Below, one piece after another: positions 16,154 to 27,279 of a stretch of DNA of 64,000 nucleotides. The notes under the pieces were generated by a model. The model was not told where the DNA came from. It ran no database searches and saw only the letters and a list, made by a program, of their open reading frames with translations. The stretch lies in the NCBI GenBank assembly GCA_964370905.1, contig CAYJKK010000005.1, positions 666-64,665 on the forward strand. Reading direction: 5' to 3'. How positions within the stretch are numbered: position 1 is the stretch's first letter; every line of letters begins with the position of its first letter. The position numbers and the translations under genes were made by a program. This DNA is from an uncultured Clostridium sp. GTDB taxonomy: Bacteria; Bacillota; Clostridia; TANB77; CAG-508.

Positions 16154-17392
16154 TTAGTTCTCGTATTTTTTTATTACTATACTACAATTATGTCCACCAA
16201 AACCTAATGAGTTTGATATAGCATAGTTTACTTCTATATCTCTTCCTTTATTTGGTACTATATCTAAATCACAAGCTTCATCTGGATTTTTGTAATTTAT
16301 TGTTGGCGGTACAAATTTATCTTCTATTGCTTTAGCACACATTATAGCTTCAACTGCTCCTGCTGCTCCTAATAAATGCCCTGTATTTGATTTTGTAGAA
16401 CTTACCATTACATTTTTAGCACTATCTCCTAAAGCTGTTTTTATTGCCATAGTTTCACATGCGTCATTAAGTGGTGTTGATGTACCATGTGCATTTATAT
16501 ATGTAATTTCTTCTGGTTTTACTTTAGCATCTTGCATTGCTTTTATCATAGCTCTTGCTCCACCATTTCCATCTGGAAGTGGTGATGTTATATGATATGC
16601 ATCTGATGTTGCTCCATATCCTACTAATTCTGCATATATTTTCGCTCCTCTTGCTTTAGCATGTTCTAATTCTTCTAAAATTAAAATTCCTGCTCCTTCT
16701 CCCATTACAAATCCACATCTATCTGCATCAAATGGCATACTAGCACGTTCTTTATCTTCTGATTTACATAGAGCTCTAGCGTTTGCAAATCCTGCTATTG
16801 CACTAGGAGTTATACTTGCTTCTGTTCCTCCTGATACAACTATATCTTGGTATCCGTGTTTTATTATTCTATAACTTTCTCCAATACTATGAGTTCCACT
16901 AGCACATGCCGTAACTATTGCTATTGATTCTCCTTTTGTACCTAAATCTATTGCAACATTTCCTGCTGCCATATTTACTATTCCCATTGGAATATACATT
17001 GGTGATACTCTATCTGGACCTTTTTCAAATATTTTCAAGTTTTCTTGTTCTATAGTTTCTATTCCACCAATACCTGCACTTACTATACAACCAATTCTTT
17101 CCATATCTTCTTTTTCAGCATCTAATCCACTGTCTTTCCATGCTTCTCTAGCTGCAACTATTGCGTATTGAGAAAATTTATCTAATCTTTTTGCTTCTCT
17201 TTTATCTATATATTCTTCTACATTAAAATCTTTTAATTCTGCTGCTAATTTTACTTTGAAATCTGTTGTATCAAATCTTGTGATATTATCTATACCACAT
17301 TTACCATCTTTGATACCTTTCCACATTTCTTCTACATTATTTCCTATTGGAGTTAATGCTCCCATACCAGTTATAACGACTCTTCTTTCCAT
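16154..17392 (-). CDS. fabF: 3-oxoacyl-ACP synthase II
   Basis: MERRVVITGMG start (ATG 17392, SD GAGAGGAAA upstream; the track ORF extends to 17458). Active-site region ACASGTHSIG, and HGTSTP...GHLLGAAG. Confidence 0.95.
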   Translation of the reverse strand: MERRVVITGMGALTPIGNNVEEMWKGIKDGKCGIDNITRFDTTDFKVKLAAELKDFNVEEYIDKREAKRLDKFSQYAIVAAREAWKDSGLDAEKEDMERIGCIVSAGIGGIETIEQENLKIFEKGPDRVSPMYIPMGIVNMAAGNVAIDLGTKGESIAIVTACASGTHSIGESYRIIKHGYQDIVVSGGTEASITPSAIAGFANARALCKSEDKERASMPFDADRCGFVMGEGAGILILEELEHAKARGAKIYAELVGYGATSDAYHITSPLPDGNGGARAMIKAMQDAKVKPEEITYINAHGTSTPLNDACETMAIKTALGDSAKNVMVSSTKSNTGHLLGAAGAVEAIMCAKAIEDKFVPPTINYKNPDEACDLDIVPNKGRDIEVNYAISNSLGFGGHNCSIVIKKYEN

Positions 17393-17459
17393 TTCAACTT
17401 TCCTCTCTTTTATAAATTCTAATCTATCTATTATACCATATTTTTGGAATTTTTTCAAA

Positions 17460-18200
17460 TTACATTACCATTCCACCATCTACGTTTATTACTTGACCTG
17501 TTATATATTCACTTAAACTACTTCCTAAAAAGTATGTCAATTCCGCAACTTCTCTTGCAGTTCCCATTCTTTTAAGTGGTATTTGACTATTTACTGATTC
17601 TTTAACTGCATCTGATAATACTTCAGTCATATCTGTTGCAATAAACCCAGGAGCTACTGCATTTACTCTTATATTTCTAGATGATAACTCTCTTGCTAAA
17701 CTTTTTGTAAACCCTATTATTCCTGCTTTTGATGCTGAATAATTACATTGCCCTGCATTTCCAGTTACACCTACAACTGATGACATATTTATTATACTTC
17801 CGCTTCTTTTTTTCATCATATATTTTGTTACTATTTTAGAAACTATATATGTTCCTTTTAAATTTATATTTATTACACTATCAAATTCTTCTTCACTCAT
17901 TCTCATAAGTAAATTGTCTTTTGTAATACCAGCATTATTTACTAATACATCTATTTGTCCAAATTCTTCTATTGCTTTATTTACAACTTGTTCTACTTCT
18001 TCTGTTACAACTACATTTGCTTTTAATATTAAGGCTTTAATACCTTTTGCTTCAAATTCTTTTTTTAATCCTTCTACATCTGTTTTATCTGATACATAAT
18101 TTACAACTACATTATATCCATTTTCTGCAAATTTTAATGCTACTTCTTTCCCTATTCCTCTTGATCCACCTGTTACAAATACAACTTTATTTTCACTCAT
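17460..18200 (-). CDS. fabG: 3-oxoacyl-ACP reductase
   Basis: 246 aa SDR with TGGSRGIG, NNAG and YSASKAG. Confidence 0.95.
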   Translation of the reverse strand: MSENKVVFVTGGSRGIGKEVALKFAENGYNVVVNYVSDKTDVEGLKKEFEAKGIKALILKANVVVTEEVEQVVNKAIEEFGQIDVLVNNAGITKDNLLMRMSEEEFDSVININLKGTYIVSKIVTKYMMKKRSGSIINMSSVVGVTGNAGQCNYSASKAGIIGFTKSLARELSSRNIRVNAVAPGFIATDMTEVLSDAVKESVNSQIPLKRMGTAREVAELTYFLGSSLSEYITGQVINVDGGMVM

Positions 18201-18212
18201 TTATTTTCCTCC

Positions 18213-19139
18213 TTATTTATTTAAATAGTTTTCTAAAGTTTCTACATTATTTATATTAAATGTTACTGCTTCTCTATTATCTTTTTTTACAAAACCTGTT
18301 AATACTTTTCCAGGTCCTATTTCTATATATTCTTCTATATTTTCATTTATCATTAATTCTATTGCTTTATCTAATCTTACTGGACTTACTATATGTTTTC
18401 CTAATATTTCTTTTACATTATCAGAACTACTATATATTGTTCCATCCATATTTTTTATAACTTTTATGTCTGAATTATTAAAAGTTACTTTTTCTAATTC
18501 TTTTTCAAAAGCATTTTTAGCATCTACTAATTTTGCAGTATGAAATGGTCCACTTGTATTTAATTTAATTACTTTTCTTACTCCTGCTTCTTTTAATTTT
18601 TCTATTGCTAAATCTACTGCTTCTTCTTCTCCTGATATTACTGTTTGTGTACTACAGTTATAGTTTGCAGGTACTACAAATTTTCCTGTATCTGATACTT
18701 CTTTACATATTTCTTCTATTTTACTATTATCAAAACCTATTACTGCTCCCATTGCATATTTTCCTTCTGGTAATAGATTTCCCATAAAATATCCTCTTTG
18801 TTTAATTAATTTAATTCCATCTTCAAAACTAACTATTCCTGAATATATCAATGCTGTATATTCTCCTAAACTTAATCCTACTGCATATTCTGCATTTATT
18901 CCCTTTTCTTTTAATACTTCTAATATTGCTAAACTTGTTGTAAGTATTGCAATTTGTGTATTTTCTGTTTTTAGAAGTTCTTCTTCTGGTCCTTCAAAAC
19001 ATATTTTTTTTACGTCTATTCCTGATATTCTTGATGCTTCATCATATATTTTTCTTGCCACTTCATATTTTTCATAAATGTCTTTTCCCATTCCTACAAT
19101 TTGAGCTCCTTGCCCTGGGAATAAAAATGCTTTTTTCAT
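18213..19139 (-). CDS. fabD: Malonyl-CoA:ACP transacylase
   Basis: 308 aa with FPGQGAQ and the GLSLGEY active-site serine motif. Confidence 0.95.
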   Translation of the reverse strand: MKKAFLFPGQGAQIVGMGKDIYEKYEVARKIYDEASRISGIDVKKICFEGPEEELLKTENTQIAILTTSLAILEVLKEKGINAEYAVGLSLGEYTALIYSGIVSFEDGIKLIKQRGYFMGNLLPEGKYAMGAVIGFDNSKIEEICKEVSDTGKFVVPANYNCSTQTVISGEEEAVDLAIEKLKEAGVRKVIKLNTSGPFHTAKLVDAKNAFEKELEKVTFNNSDIKVIKNMDGTIYSSSDNVKEILGKHIVSPVRLDKAIELMINENIEEYIEIGPGKVLTGFVKKDNREAVTFNINNVETLENYLNK

Positions 19140-19280
19140 TTCTAATCTCTCCTTTTAAATCTAGTATTAATCTTAATTTCTAATTCAATATTTTTGCATA
19201 TTTTCACACTATATATTTATACACTATTTTTAAGTTTTTTTCTAGTAGACTAGGTGGTCAAAAATGATAAAAAAGTATAA

Positions 19281-19309
19281 AAAAAGTAAGAATATATTCT
19301 TACTTTTTT
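19281..19309 (-). terminator. Terminator after the WG-repeat gene (bidirectional shape)
   Basis: Perfect palindrome AAGTAAGAATA|TATTCTTACTT, flanked by A5 and T6. Confidence 0.7.
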
Positions 19310-19312
19310 ATA

Positions 19313-20851
19313 TTAATTCGTATTTGATTGATTATTTGTCTCTTCAGTATTTTCTACTGTAGTTTCATTTCCTTGAGTATTTTCTGTATTTTCATTGTTA
19401 TTTGTGTTTTCTGTATTATCATTATTATTTGTATTATTTGTATTATTTGTGTTCTCTGTATTATTTGTGTTTGAATCTTCAGCTTCTTCGTTTTGTTCTA
19501 CTTCATCATCATCTTCTTGAACATTTTGAACACCTAAACTATCTAAATATTCTTCCGCATCTATAACTTGATTATTAACTCCAATATAATAATGTTTTTC
19601 TCCATCTGTTATATTCATATATATATCATCTGCAACAACATTAAACAATTCTTTACCTGAAGTATTAATTAATGCATACTTTTCATTTTTTTCAATTACC
19701 ATAACATTATATCCTGGTATAATAAGTAAATTCATAGCTTGTTTGTTACTAGATGCTGTGTATCCAAATGAATCATACACGAAACCTGTTAAATTTTTAC
19801 CGTTTTTATCAAAAACTGCCCAAAAATCCCCATTATATACTGGTATTAATGAATTTAAAATAACAAACTCATTTTTCAATTCTGATTGTTCATATCTGTC
19901 TATATTAATACCTATTTCATCATATTCTATATGAATTTTAGTTAAACCTTGGAAATCTATAACACCATATTTATTATTATTTTCTACTAAATATAACGAT
20001 GATGCTTGATCTAATATCTCTATAGAGTCATATTGTGCTTTTATTCTAAAATCTCCACTATCTGTTAGTATTCCAACTTTATCATTAGTTTCAATTTGAT
20101 AATCTTTTGTTGCTGTTAAATATCTTATATCATCATATTTTGCTTCAATTATTGTATCACCTTCTAAACTAATAACACCAAAGTTATTGTCGCTATTTTC
20201 TTTTTCAACTATTAACCTTGAATCCAATATCGCTTTTTGATTAACAAATTCTTCACTTAATCCCGCATAACCATAATCTAGTACTACTGTTTCATATGCA
20301 GTAACTAAAAATGGCAATGTGTATATTTCAATTTTATTATTATCTACATCATATTCAAAAACAATATTAAATGCTTTTTCAATCATATCTGATGATGCAT
20401 AAAGCACTCCATTAATTGATTTAACTGGTTTAACTAATTCTGTATATTCATAATTATTATTACCAGATGTTAAATCAAGCTTTTCAATAGTACTTGAACC
20501 TAATGTAAAATTTACTACTTCATTCTCAAATCTTACATATGCTTTATTAGCTGCCTCTTCTCTAGCTTCATAATGTCCATTATATGCTTCTATGCTACCA
20601 AAGTATGGTGCTGAAGATTTTATTGGTACATATATAGTATCTTGTTCAAATACAAGACTACTTTTAAAATTTTCATTTACTTTATTATCAATTGTTAATC
20701 TTAAGACTTGTCCTTCCATATAGCTTACATATGCAAGTAATCCTACTATTGTTAATATTATAATTATAATCATAGCTATAATTATTTTTAATATAGGACT
20801 CTTTTTCTTTTGTTCATTTGTTGTTTTAAAACTTTCTTCTACAATATTCAT
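19313..20851 (-). CDS. Membrane-anchored WG/KWG-like beta-repeat protein with an Asn/Thr/Glu-rich tail
   Basis: 512 aa with the N-terminal TM segment ILKIIIAMIIIIILTIVGLLAYV. Repeated units are FGVISLEGDTIIEAKYDDI, VGILTDSGDFRIKAQYDSI, YGVIDFQGLTKIHIEYDEI, WAVFDKNGKNLTGFVYDS and YALINTSGKELFNVVADDI. The tail is NTENTNNTNNTNNNDNTENTNNNENTENT. Confidence 0.7.
   Translation of the reverse strand: MNIVEESFKTTNEQKKKSPILKIIIAMIIIIILTIVGLLAYVSYMEGQVLRLTIDNKVNENFKSSLVFEQDTIYVPIKSSAPYFGSIEAYNGHYEAREEAANKAYVRFENEVVNFTLGSSTIEKLDLTSGNNNYEYTELVKPVKSINGVLYASSDMIEKAFNIVFEYDVDNNKIEIYTLPFLVTAYETVVLDYGYAGLSEEFVNQKAILDSRLIVEKENSDNNFGVISLEGDTIIEAKYDDIRYLTATKDYQIETNDKVGILTDSGDFRIKAQYDSIEILDQASSLYLVENNNKYGVIDFQGLTKIHIEYDEIGINIDRYEQSELKNEFVILNSLIPVYNGDFWAVFDKNGKNLTGFVYDSFGYTASSNKQAMNLLIIPGYNVMVIEKNEKYALINTSGKELFNVVADDIYMNITDGEKHYYIGVNNQVIDAEEYLDSLGVQNVQEDDDEVEQNEEAEDSNTNNTENTNNTNNTNNNDNTENTNNNENTENTQGNETTVENTEETNNQSNTN
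19316..19480. repeat. Coding short tandem repeats (approx. 9-bp TATTATTTG-like units) encoding the N/T/E-rich tail
   Basis: + strand ...tgtattatcattattatttgtattatttgtattatttgtgttctctgtattatttgtgtttg... Confidence 0.7.
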
Positions 20852-20862
20852 TTGTATCCCCC

Positions 20863-21990
<1,128 letters not shown>

Positions 21991-23043
21991 TTAATTTTCC
22001 TCTTTTCTATTTATTATTTTTGTTTTTATATACATTGCATCTCCAAAGCTAAAAAACCTATATTTTTCCTTAACCGCTTCTTCATATGCATTCATTATGT
22101 TTTCTTTTCCTGAAAATGCTGATACAAGCATTAATAATGTTGATTCTGGTAGATGAAAGTTTGTAATTAATCCATCTAAAATTTTAAACTTATATCCTGG
22201 ATATATAAATATATCTGTATTTCCTTCTGTTTCTTTAACATATCCATTTTCATCTGCTACTGTTTCTAGTACTCTACATGATGTTGTTCCTACTGAAATT
22301 ACTCTTTTGCCATTCTTTTTTGCGTTATTAATTTTGTCTGCATTTTCCTTAGTTATGTAAAAATGTTCGGAGTGCATTTGATGTGTTTTTACATCATCTA
22401 CCTTTACTGGTCTAAATGTTCCAATCCCAACATGAAGTGTTACATTTGCAACAACAATTCCTTTTTCTTCTATTTTTTGTAATATTTCATTTGTAAAATG
22501 AAGTCCTGCTGTTGGTGCTGCTGCGGATCCATCATGTTTTGCATATACTGTTTGGTATCTTGCTTTTTCTTCTAATTTTTCTGTTATGTATGGTGGAAGT
22601 GGCATAAGCCCTATTTCATCTAATATTTCATTAAATATTCCTTCATATTTAAATTCTACCTTCCTTGTTCCCCCTGGCATAATCTCTAAAATTTCAGCTT
22701 CTAGTATACCTTCTCCAAATGTAACTTTTGTTCCAACTTTTAATTTACTTCCAGGTTTTACTATCGCTTCCCATATATCTTCTTTTATATTGTTTAATAG
22801 TAAAAACTCAACTTTTGCTCCTGTTTCTTTTTGTCCATATAATCTTGCTGGAATTACCTTTGTATTATTTCTAACTAGTACATCTCCTGGTTCTAAATAC
22901 TCAATTATATCTTTAAATATCTTATGTGAAATTTTGTTACCATCAACTACCATTAATCTAGATTCATCTCTTTTTAGAATCGGAATTTGAGCTATTAACT
23001 CTTTTGGTAGTTCATAGTTAAATTCTGATAATTTCAATTTCAT
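21991..23043 (-). CDS. queA: S-adenosylmethionine:tRNA ribosyltransferase-isomerase
   Basis: 350 aa with [25 protein letters not shown] and VGTTSCR. Confidence 0.95.
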   Translation of the reverse strand: MKLKLSEFNYELPKELIAQIPILKRDESRLMVVDGNKISHKIFKDIIEYLEPGDVLVRNNTKVIPARLYGQKETGAKVEFLLLNNIKEDIWEAIVKPGSKLKVGTKVTFGEGILEAEILEIMPGGTRKVEFKYEGIFNEILDEIGLMPLPPYITEKLEEKARYQTVYAKHDGSAAAPTAGLHFTNEILQKIEEKGIVVANVTLHVGIGTFRPVKVDDVKTHQMHSEHFYITKENADKINNAKKNGKRVISVGTTSCRVLETVADENGYVKETEGNTDIFIYPGYKFKILDGLITNFHLPESTLLMLVSAFSGKENIMNAYEEAVKEKYRFFSFGDAMYIKTKIINRKEEN

Positions 23044-23067
23044 TCTCCTTTATTTTTAATTACTTAC

Positions 23068-24363
23068 CTAAAACATTTCATCAATTATTTCAAATATTCC
23101 TTCTGGGCCATCTAAAAGACCCTCAAGCTCATAAGCATATGTAAAATTACTATTATTAGGTGGTTTTAATTCAAACACCTCTTCTGGTAGTCCTATTTTG
23201 CCACTACTTGTATCTATTTCTTTATTTAAATAATCTGCATACCATAATTTTTGTCCATATAAAACTTCATTTCTATATCCATACATTATATAATCATGTA
23301 ATGCTGGTATTTCATATTCATATTCTATTGCAGTTCTTTCTAATGAATGTAAAAATTCATGTATTAAAACTTCTTCTGGAAATTGATTTATACTTGGGTT
23401 AAATTTATATATATAACTTTGTGAATCATTTGGTAACCTTATATTTGAATATCCAATACCATAATAACTCATATATCCAAGTCCTATCCAATCATTTATT
23501 TGAATATCATCTGAATATTCTTCATTTCCAAGTCTTATTATCACAAAAATATGATCATAATCATTTGTAAGCACATATTCATTTATTTGTTTTTCTACAT
23601 CTTCTGGTGCAACAAAATTTCCAAATTCTTCATCATATGAAAGACTATTTAATGGCGTTTCTATTACATATGTATCCATATTAGCATCTATCTTATTATC
23701 TGACAATAACTGTATTGAATTTTCAAATCTATCTATAACATCATATATGTCATCTAAATCAGTTTGCGTCATTTGTATATTTATGTTTTTATCATCTACT
23801 TTTACTTGTGTGTCTTGAAATATAAAGCTTGCAAAATTCCACTTATTATCTTTTTCTACTGTTCCTTCTTCTATTTTAAAATCTGAAAACCATGCTGTAC
23901 CTTTTGCATTTCCTAAATATCCACCTAGTCTAAATCCTAACACAATTTCTTCTTTGGCTTGTGTGTTAAAAATCAATTCTATCTCTTGCCACTTAGAATC
24001 TCCTGATACTGCAATTGATCTTTTTGTTGTTCCTTCTATCGAAATATGAGCGCCTATTCCGGAGTTTGTTTTTGAGGCTTCTACTCCTTCAGTTTTCACC
24101 ATACATGTTATTTTATATGACTGTCCTGGTTCTAATGTTAATGTTTTATAAAACATGGCATCATTAAATTCACTAGAAGTTATCCTATAACTATCTTCTT
24201 CACTATATTTAACTTCATTATCTCTTTTGAATTCTGAAGCTCCTTGTACTTGTTCTGCCTTTACATAGCCCAAAAAATTATTTTCACTATATATTTTAAC
24301 TATCAATATTATTACTGCAATTATTACTATTACAAATACTATATTTGAAATGATTTTTTTCAC
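23068..24363 (-). CDS. Membrane-anchored protein with a CBM-like beta-sandwich and a C-terminal HExxH metallopeptidase-like motif
   Basis: 431 aa with an N-terminal TM segment. The segment GQSYKITCMVKTEGV...SKWQEIELIFNT...GTAWFSDFKIEEG is typical of CBM4/9-like modules. HEFLHSLE lies near the C-terminus. Confidence 0.55.
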   Translation of the reverse strand: MKKIISNIVFVIVIIAVIILIVKIYSENNFLGYVKAEQVQGASEFKRDNEVKYSEEDSYRITSSEFNDAMFYKTLTLEPGQSYKITCMVKTEGVEASKTNSGIGAHISIEGTTKRSIAVSGDSKWQEIELIFNTQAKEEIVLGFRLGGYLGNAKGTAWFSDFKIEEGTVEKDNKWNFASFIFQDTQVKVDDKNINIQMTQTDLDDIYDVIDRFENSIQLLSDNKIDANMDTYVIETPLNSLSYDEEFGNFVAPEDVEKQINEYVLTNDYDHIFVIIRLGNEEYSDDIQINDWIGLGYMSYYGIGYSNIRLPNDSQSYIYKFNPSINQFPEEVLIHEFLHSLERTAIEYEYEIPALHDYIMYGYRNEVLYGQKLWYADYLNKEIDTSSGKIGLPEEVFELKPPNNSNFTYAYELEGLLDGPEGIFEIIDEMF

Positions 24364-24507
24364 GTTTCCACCTCATATTTCTTCTTTCGCTAATATTATA
24401 TCTTATTTATTTATTTATATCAATCAAATTCAAAAGATTATTTACTTTTATTTTTATGTTTTATTTTTATGTTTTATTTTTTTCTTTTTTCTTTTTTTCT
24501 TTTCACT

Positions 24508-24540
24508 ATTAAAAAGAAACTAGAATTATACTAGTTTCTT
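24508..24540 (-). terminator. Rho-independent terminator of pnp
   Basis: AGAAACTAG-aattata-CTAGTTTCT. On the - strand it is followed by TTTTTAAT. Confidence 0.75.
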
Positions 24541-24555
24541 AATCATTTATATTTA

Positions 24556-26679
24556 TTAATCTTCTTGTGAAAATCCATCATTTAAGTCTCTCATTGTTAA
24601 GTTAATTCTTCCTTGATCATCAATTTCTGTTACTTTAACTGTTACTTTATCTCCTACTTTTAAAACATCTTCTACTTTGTTTACTCTTTCTTTAGATATT
24701 TTAGAAACATGTACCATTCCTTCTTTACCTGCAACACCTAAGTCTACAAATGCTCCAAAGTTCATTATTTTAGTAACTTCCCCAAAATATATAGCTCCAA
24801 TTTCAACTTCTTTCACAATATTTTCAACTATTTCTAATGCTCTATTTGCACTATCTATATCTGCTGAATATATAAATACTGTTCCATCTTCTTCTATATC
24901 TATTTTAACACCTGTTTCTTCAATTATTTTATTTATAACTTTTCCACCTGTACCAATTACATCTTTAATTTTTTCAACTTTTATTTTAGTACTTACAATT
25001 CTTGGTGCATATTTAGATATTTCTTCTCTTGGAGCGCTCATAACTGGATTCATTACATTATCTAATATATGTGCTCTTGCTTTTTTAGTTTTTTCAAATG
25101 CTTCACTTATTATTTCATAAGTTAATCCATCACATTTTATATCAACTTGTATAGCTGTAATTCCTTTTTCAGTTCCTCCAACTTTAAAGTCCATATCTCC
25201 AAAGAAATCTTCTAATCCTTGAATATCAACTAACATTACGTATTCATCTTCATTATCTGGGTTTGTAACTAAACCTGTCGAAATACCTGCAACTGGTCTT
25301 AAAATTGGAACACCTGCATCCATTAAAGAAAGCGTACTTCCACAAATACTTGCTTGTGAAGTTGATCCATTTGATGATAATATTTCTGATACAACTCTTA
25401 TTGCATAAGGGAACTCTTCTCTACTTGGTAATACTGGCACAATTGCTTTTTCTGCTAATGCTCCATGTCCTACTTCTCTTCTTCCAGGTCCTCTTGATGG
25501 TCTTGCTTCACCTACTGAATAACTTGGGAAGTTATAGTGATGCATATATCTTTTTGATTCTTCTGTATCTATACCATCTAATATTTGCTCTTCACTAATC
25601 ATTCCTAAAGTTGCAATTGACATTACTTGAGTTTGTCCTCTTGTAAATAACGCACTACCGTGTGTACGTGGAAGTAATGATACTTCACACGATAATTCTC
25701 TTAAATCATCTAATTTTCTTCCATCTACTCTTTTATGTTCTTTATATATCATTTCTCTTACACATTTCTTTTCTAATGTGTATATTGCTTCTGACATTTT
25801 AGATTTATTTTCCGCAAAAATTTCTTCTCCAAATTTTCCAATATATAGTTTTTCAATTTTTTCTGATAATTCATCTAAATTTCTATCTCTTTGATCTTTA
25901 TCTACTTCTTGTACTTTTTCTTTCATTTCTGATTTAAAGTTTTCTTCTAAGAAAGTATAAATTTCTTTATCAACATCAAAAGAAACATATTCAAATTTTG
26001 TTTTACCTATTTCTTTTTGCATTCCATCTATGAAAGTACATAACTTTTTAATTTCTTCATGACCTACTTTAATTGCTTCTAACATAACTTCATCTGAAAC
26101 TTCATTTGCTCCAGCTTCAATCATTGTTATTTTATCCATTGTTCCAGCTACTGTTAATGTTAAATCACTTTTTTCTCTTTGACTTTCATTTGGGTTTATT
26201 ACAATTTTCCCATCTACTAAACCTACATTTACTCCTGCTGTTGGCCCATTAAATGGTATATCAGATATCGCAAGTGCTGCTGCTGCTCCTATCATAGCTG
26301 CTACTTCTGGTACATTATCTTGTTCTACACATAATACTGTTGCAACAACTACTACATCATTTCTAAAATCTTTTGGAAATAACGGTCTTAGTGGTCTATC
26401 TATTGCTCTTGATGTAAGTATTGCTTTATCACTTGGTTTTCCTTCTCTTTTTAAGAATCCTCCTGGGATTTTTCCTACTGAATATAGTTTTTCTTCGAAA
26501 TCTACTGACAATGGAAAAAAGTCTATTCCTTCTCTTGGTTTTTTAGATGCTGTTACATTTACCATAACAACTGTTTCTCCATATTTTACCATTACACTTC
26601 CATTTGCTAGTCCTGCCATTTTACCTGTTTCAATTACTAGCTTTCTTCCTGCTAATTCTGTTTCATAACTTTTAAACAT
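24556..26679 (-). CDS. pnp: Polyribonucleotide nucleotidyltransferase (PNPase)
   Basis: Two RNase PH domains plus KH (GTGGKVINKI) and S1 (GAFVDL..GKEGMVHVSKIS). The track start is 26688, but ATG 26679 (MFKSYE) has better spacing to the SD AAGGAGA (26690-26696). Confidence 0.95.
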   Translation of the reverse strand: MFKSYETELAGRKLVIETGKMAGLANGSVMVKYGETVVMVNVTASKKPREGIDFFPLSVDFEEKLYSVGKIPGGFLKREGKPSDKAILTSRAIDRPLRPLFPKDFRNDVVVVATVLCVEQDNVPEVAAMIGAAAALAISDIPFNGPTAGVNVGLVDGKIVINPNESQREKSDLTLTVAGTMDKITMIEAGANEVSDEVMLEAIKVGHEEIKKLCTFIDGMQKEIGKTKFEYVSFDVDKEIYTFLEENFKSEMKEKVQEVDKDQRDRNLDELSEKIEKLYIGKFGEEIFAENKSKMSEAIYTLEKKCVREMIYKEHKRVDGRKLDDLRELSCEVSLLPRTHGSALFTRGQTQVMSIATLGMISEEQILDGIDTEESKRYMHHYNFPSYSVGEARPSRGPGRREVGHGALAEKAIVPVLPSREEFPYAIRVVSEILSSNGSTSQASICGSTLSLMDAGVPILRPVAGISTGLVTNPDNEDEYVMLVDIQGLEDFFGDMDFKVGGTEKGITAIQVDIKCDGLTYEIISEAFEKTKKARAHILDNVMNPVMSAPREEISKYAPRIVSTKIKVEKIKDVIGTGGKVINKIIEETGVKIDIEEDGTVFIYSADIDSANRALEIVENIVKEVEIGAIYFGEVTKIMNFGAFVDLGVAGKEGMVHVSKISKERVNKVEDVLKVGDKVTVKVTEIDDQGRINLTMRDLNDGFSQED

Positions 26680-26746
26680 ATTTTTCATTCTCCTTCTATA
26701 TATATTATTGTTTTTTTATTTTAAAATATTCTATAACTGTAACCTC

Positions 26747-26780
26747 TATAATATATTATCTTCAAAAATAATATATTATA
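26747..26780 (-). promoter_or_regulatory. Stem-loop in the pnp 5' leader
   Basis: 13-bp perfect inverted repeat TATAATATATTAT-cttcaaaa-ATAATATATTATA between the rpsO terminator and the pnp start. It is AT-only, so stability is modest. Confidence 0.4.
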
Positions 26781-26823
26781 CAAGCTACTTAATTATATAT
26801 ATACTTTAAAATATACTTTTTAA

Positions 26824-26852
26824 AAGCCCATGTTTAACAAACATTGGGCTTT
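26824..26852 (-). terminator. rpsO terminator / pnp attenuator hairpin
   Basis: - strand AGCCCAATGTTT-gtt-AAACATGGGCT (one bulge) followed by TTTT. Confidence 0.6.
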
Positions 26853-26857
26853 TAATA

Positions 26858-27121
26858 TTATTTTCTTAATCCTAATTTTTCAACAATTTCTCTATATTTG
26901 TTTAAATCTTTTTTAGATAAATAGTTTAATAAACTTCTTCTTTTACCAACCATTTTTAAAAGACCTCTTCTAGAGTGATTATCTTTTTTATGAACTTTTA
27001 AGTGTTCAGTTAATTCATTAATTCTTTCTGTTAAAAGAGCGATTTGAACTTCTGAAGATCCAGTATCATTTGCTTCTCTTTTAAAAGTATTAATTACTTC
27101 TGATTTTCTTTCTTTAGTCAT
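26858..27121 (-). CDS. rpsO: 30S ribosomal protein S15
   Basis: 87 aa with [42 protein letters not shown]. Confidence 0.97.
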   Translation of the reverse strand: MTKERKSEVINTFKREANDTGSSEVQIALLTERINELTEHLKVHKKDNHSRRGLLKMVGKRRSLLNYLSKKDLNKYREIVEKLGLRK

Positions 27122-27180
27122 AAATTACACCTCCTATTTTTCTTTTTTCCTATAACCGAGTTTAAAATTTAGGTGTAAAT
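27122..27180 (-). promoter_or_regulatory. rpsO leader with an anti-SD pairing (candidate S15 autoregulatory structure)
   Basis: - strand TTACACCT (27178-27171) can pair with AGGTGTAA (27132-27125), which overlaps the SD GGAGGTG just upstream of the rpsO ATG. Confidence 0.4.
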
Positions 27181-27191
27181 TAAAAACTAAG

Positions 27192-27223
27192 AAATAGGTA
27201 TTGTTTTTCAACATACCTATTTT
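27192..27223 (-). terminator. Terminator hairpin after folA
   Basis: AAATAGGTAT-tgtttttcaac-ATACCTATTT, a 10-bp perfect stem with a weak T tract on the - strand. Confidence 0.5.
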
Positions 27224-27279
27224 ACTATATTTTCCTTTAAATATCAAGTGTTTTTGAAAGATTTATGGAATTTATACTT

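Noticed and set aside
24440-24505. Tandem TTTTATTTTTATG units and (CTTTTTT)n between pnp and the downstream gene
   Set aside because: This is pure AT/T-rich low complexity in an intergenic spacer of an AT-rich genome. It has no coding potential or palindromic structure, so it is probably slippage noise.
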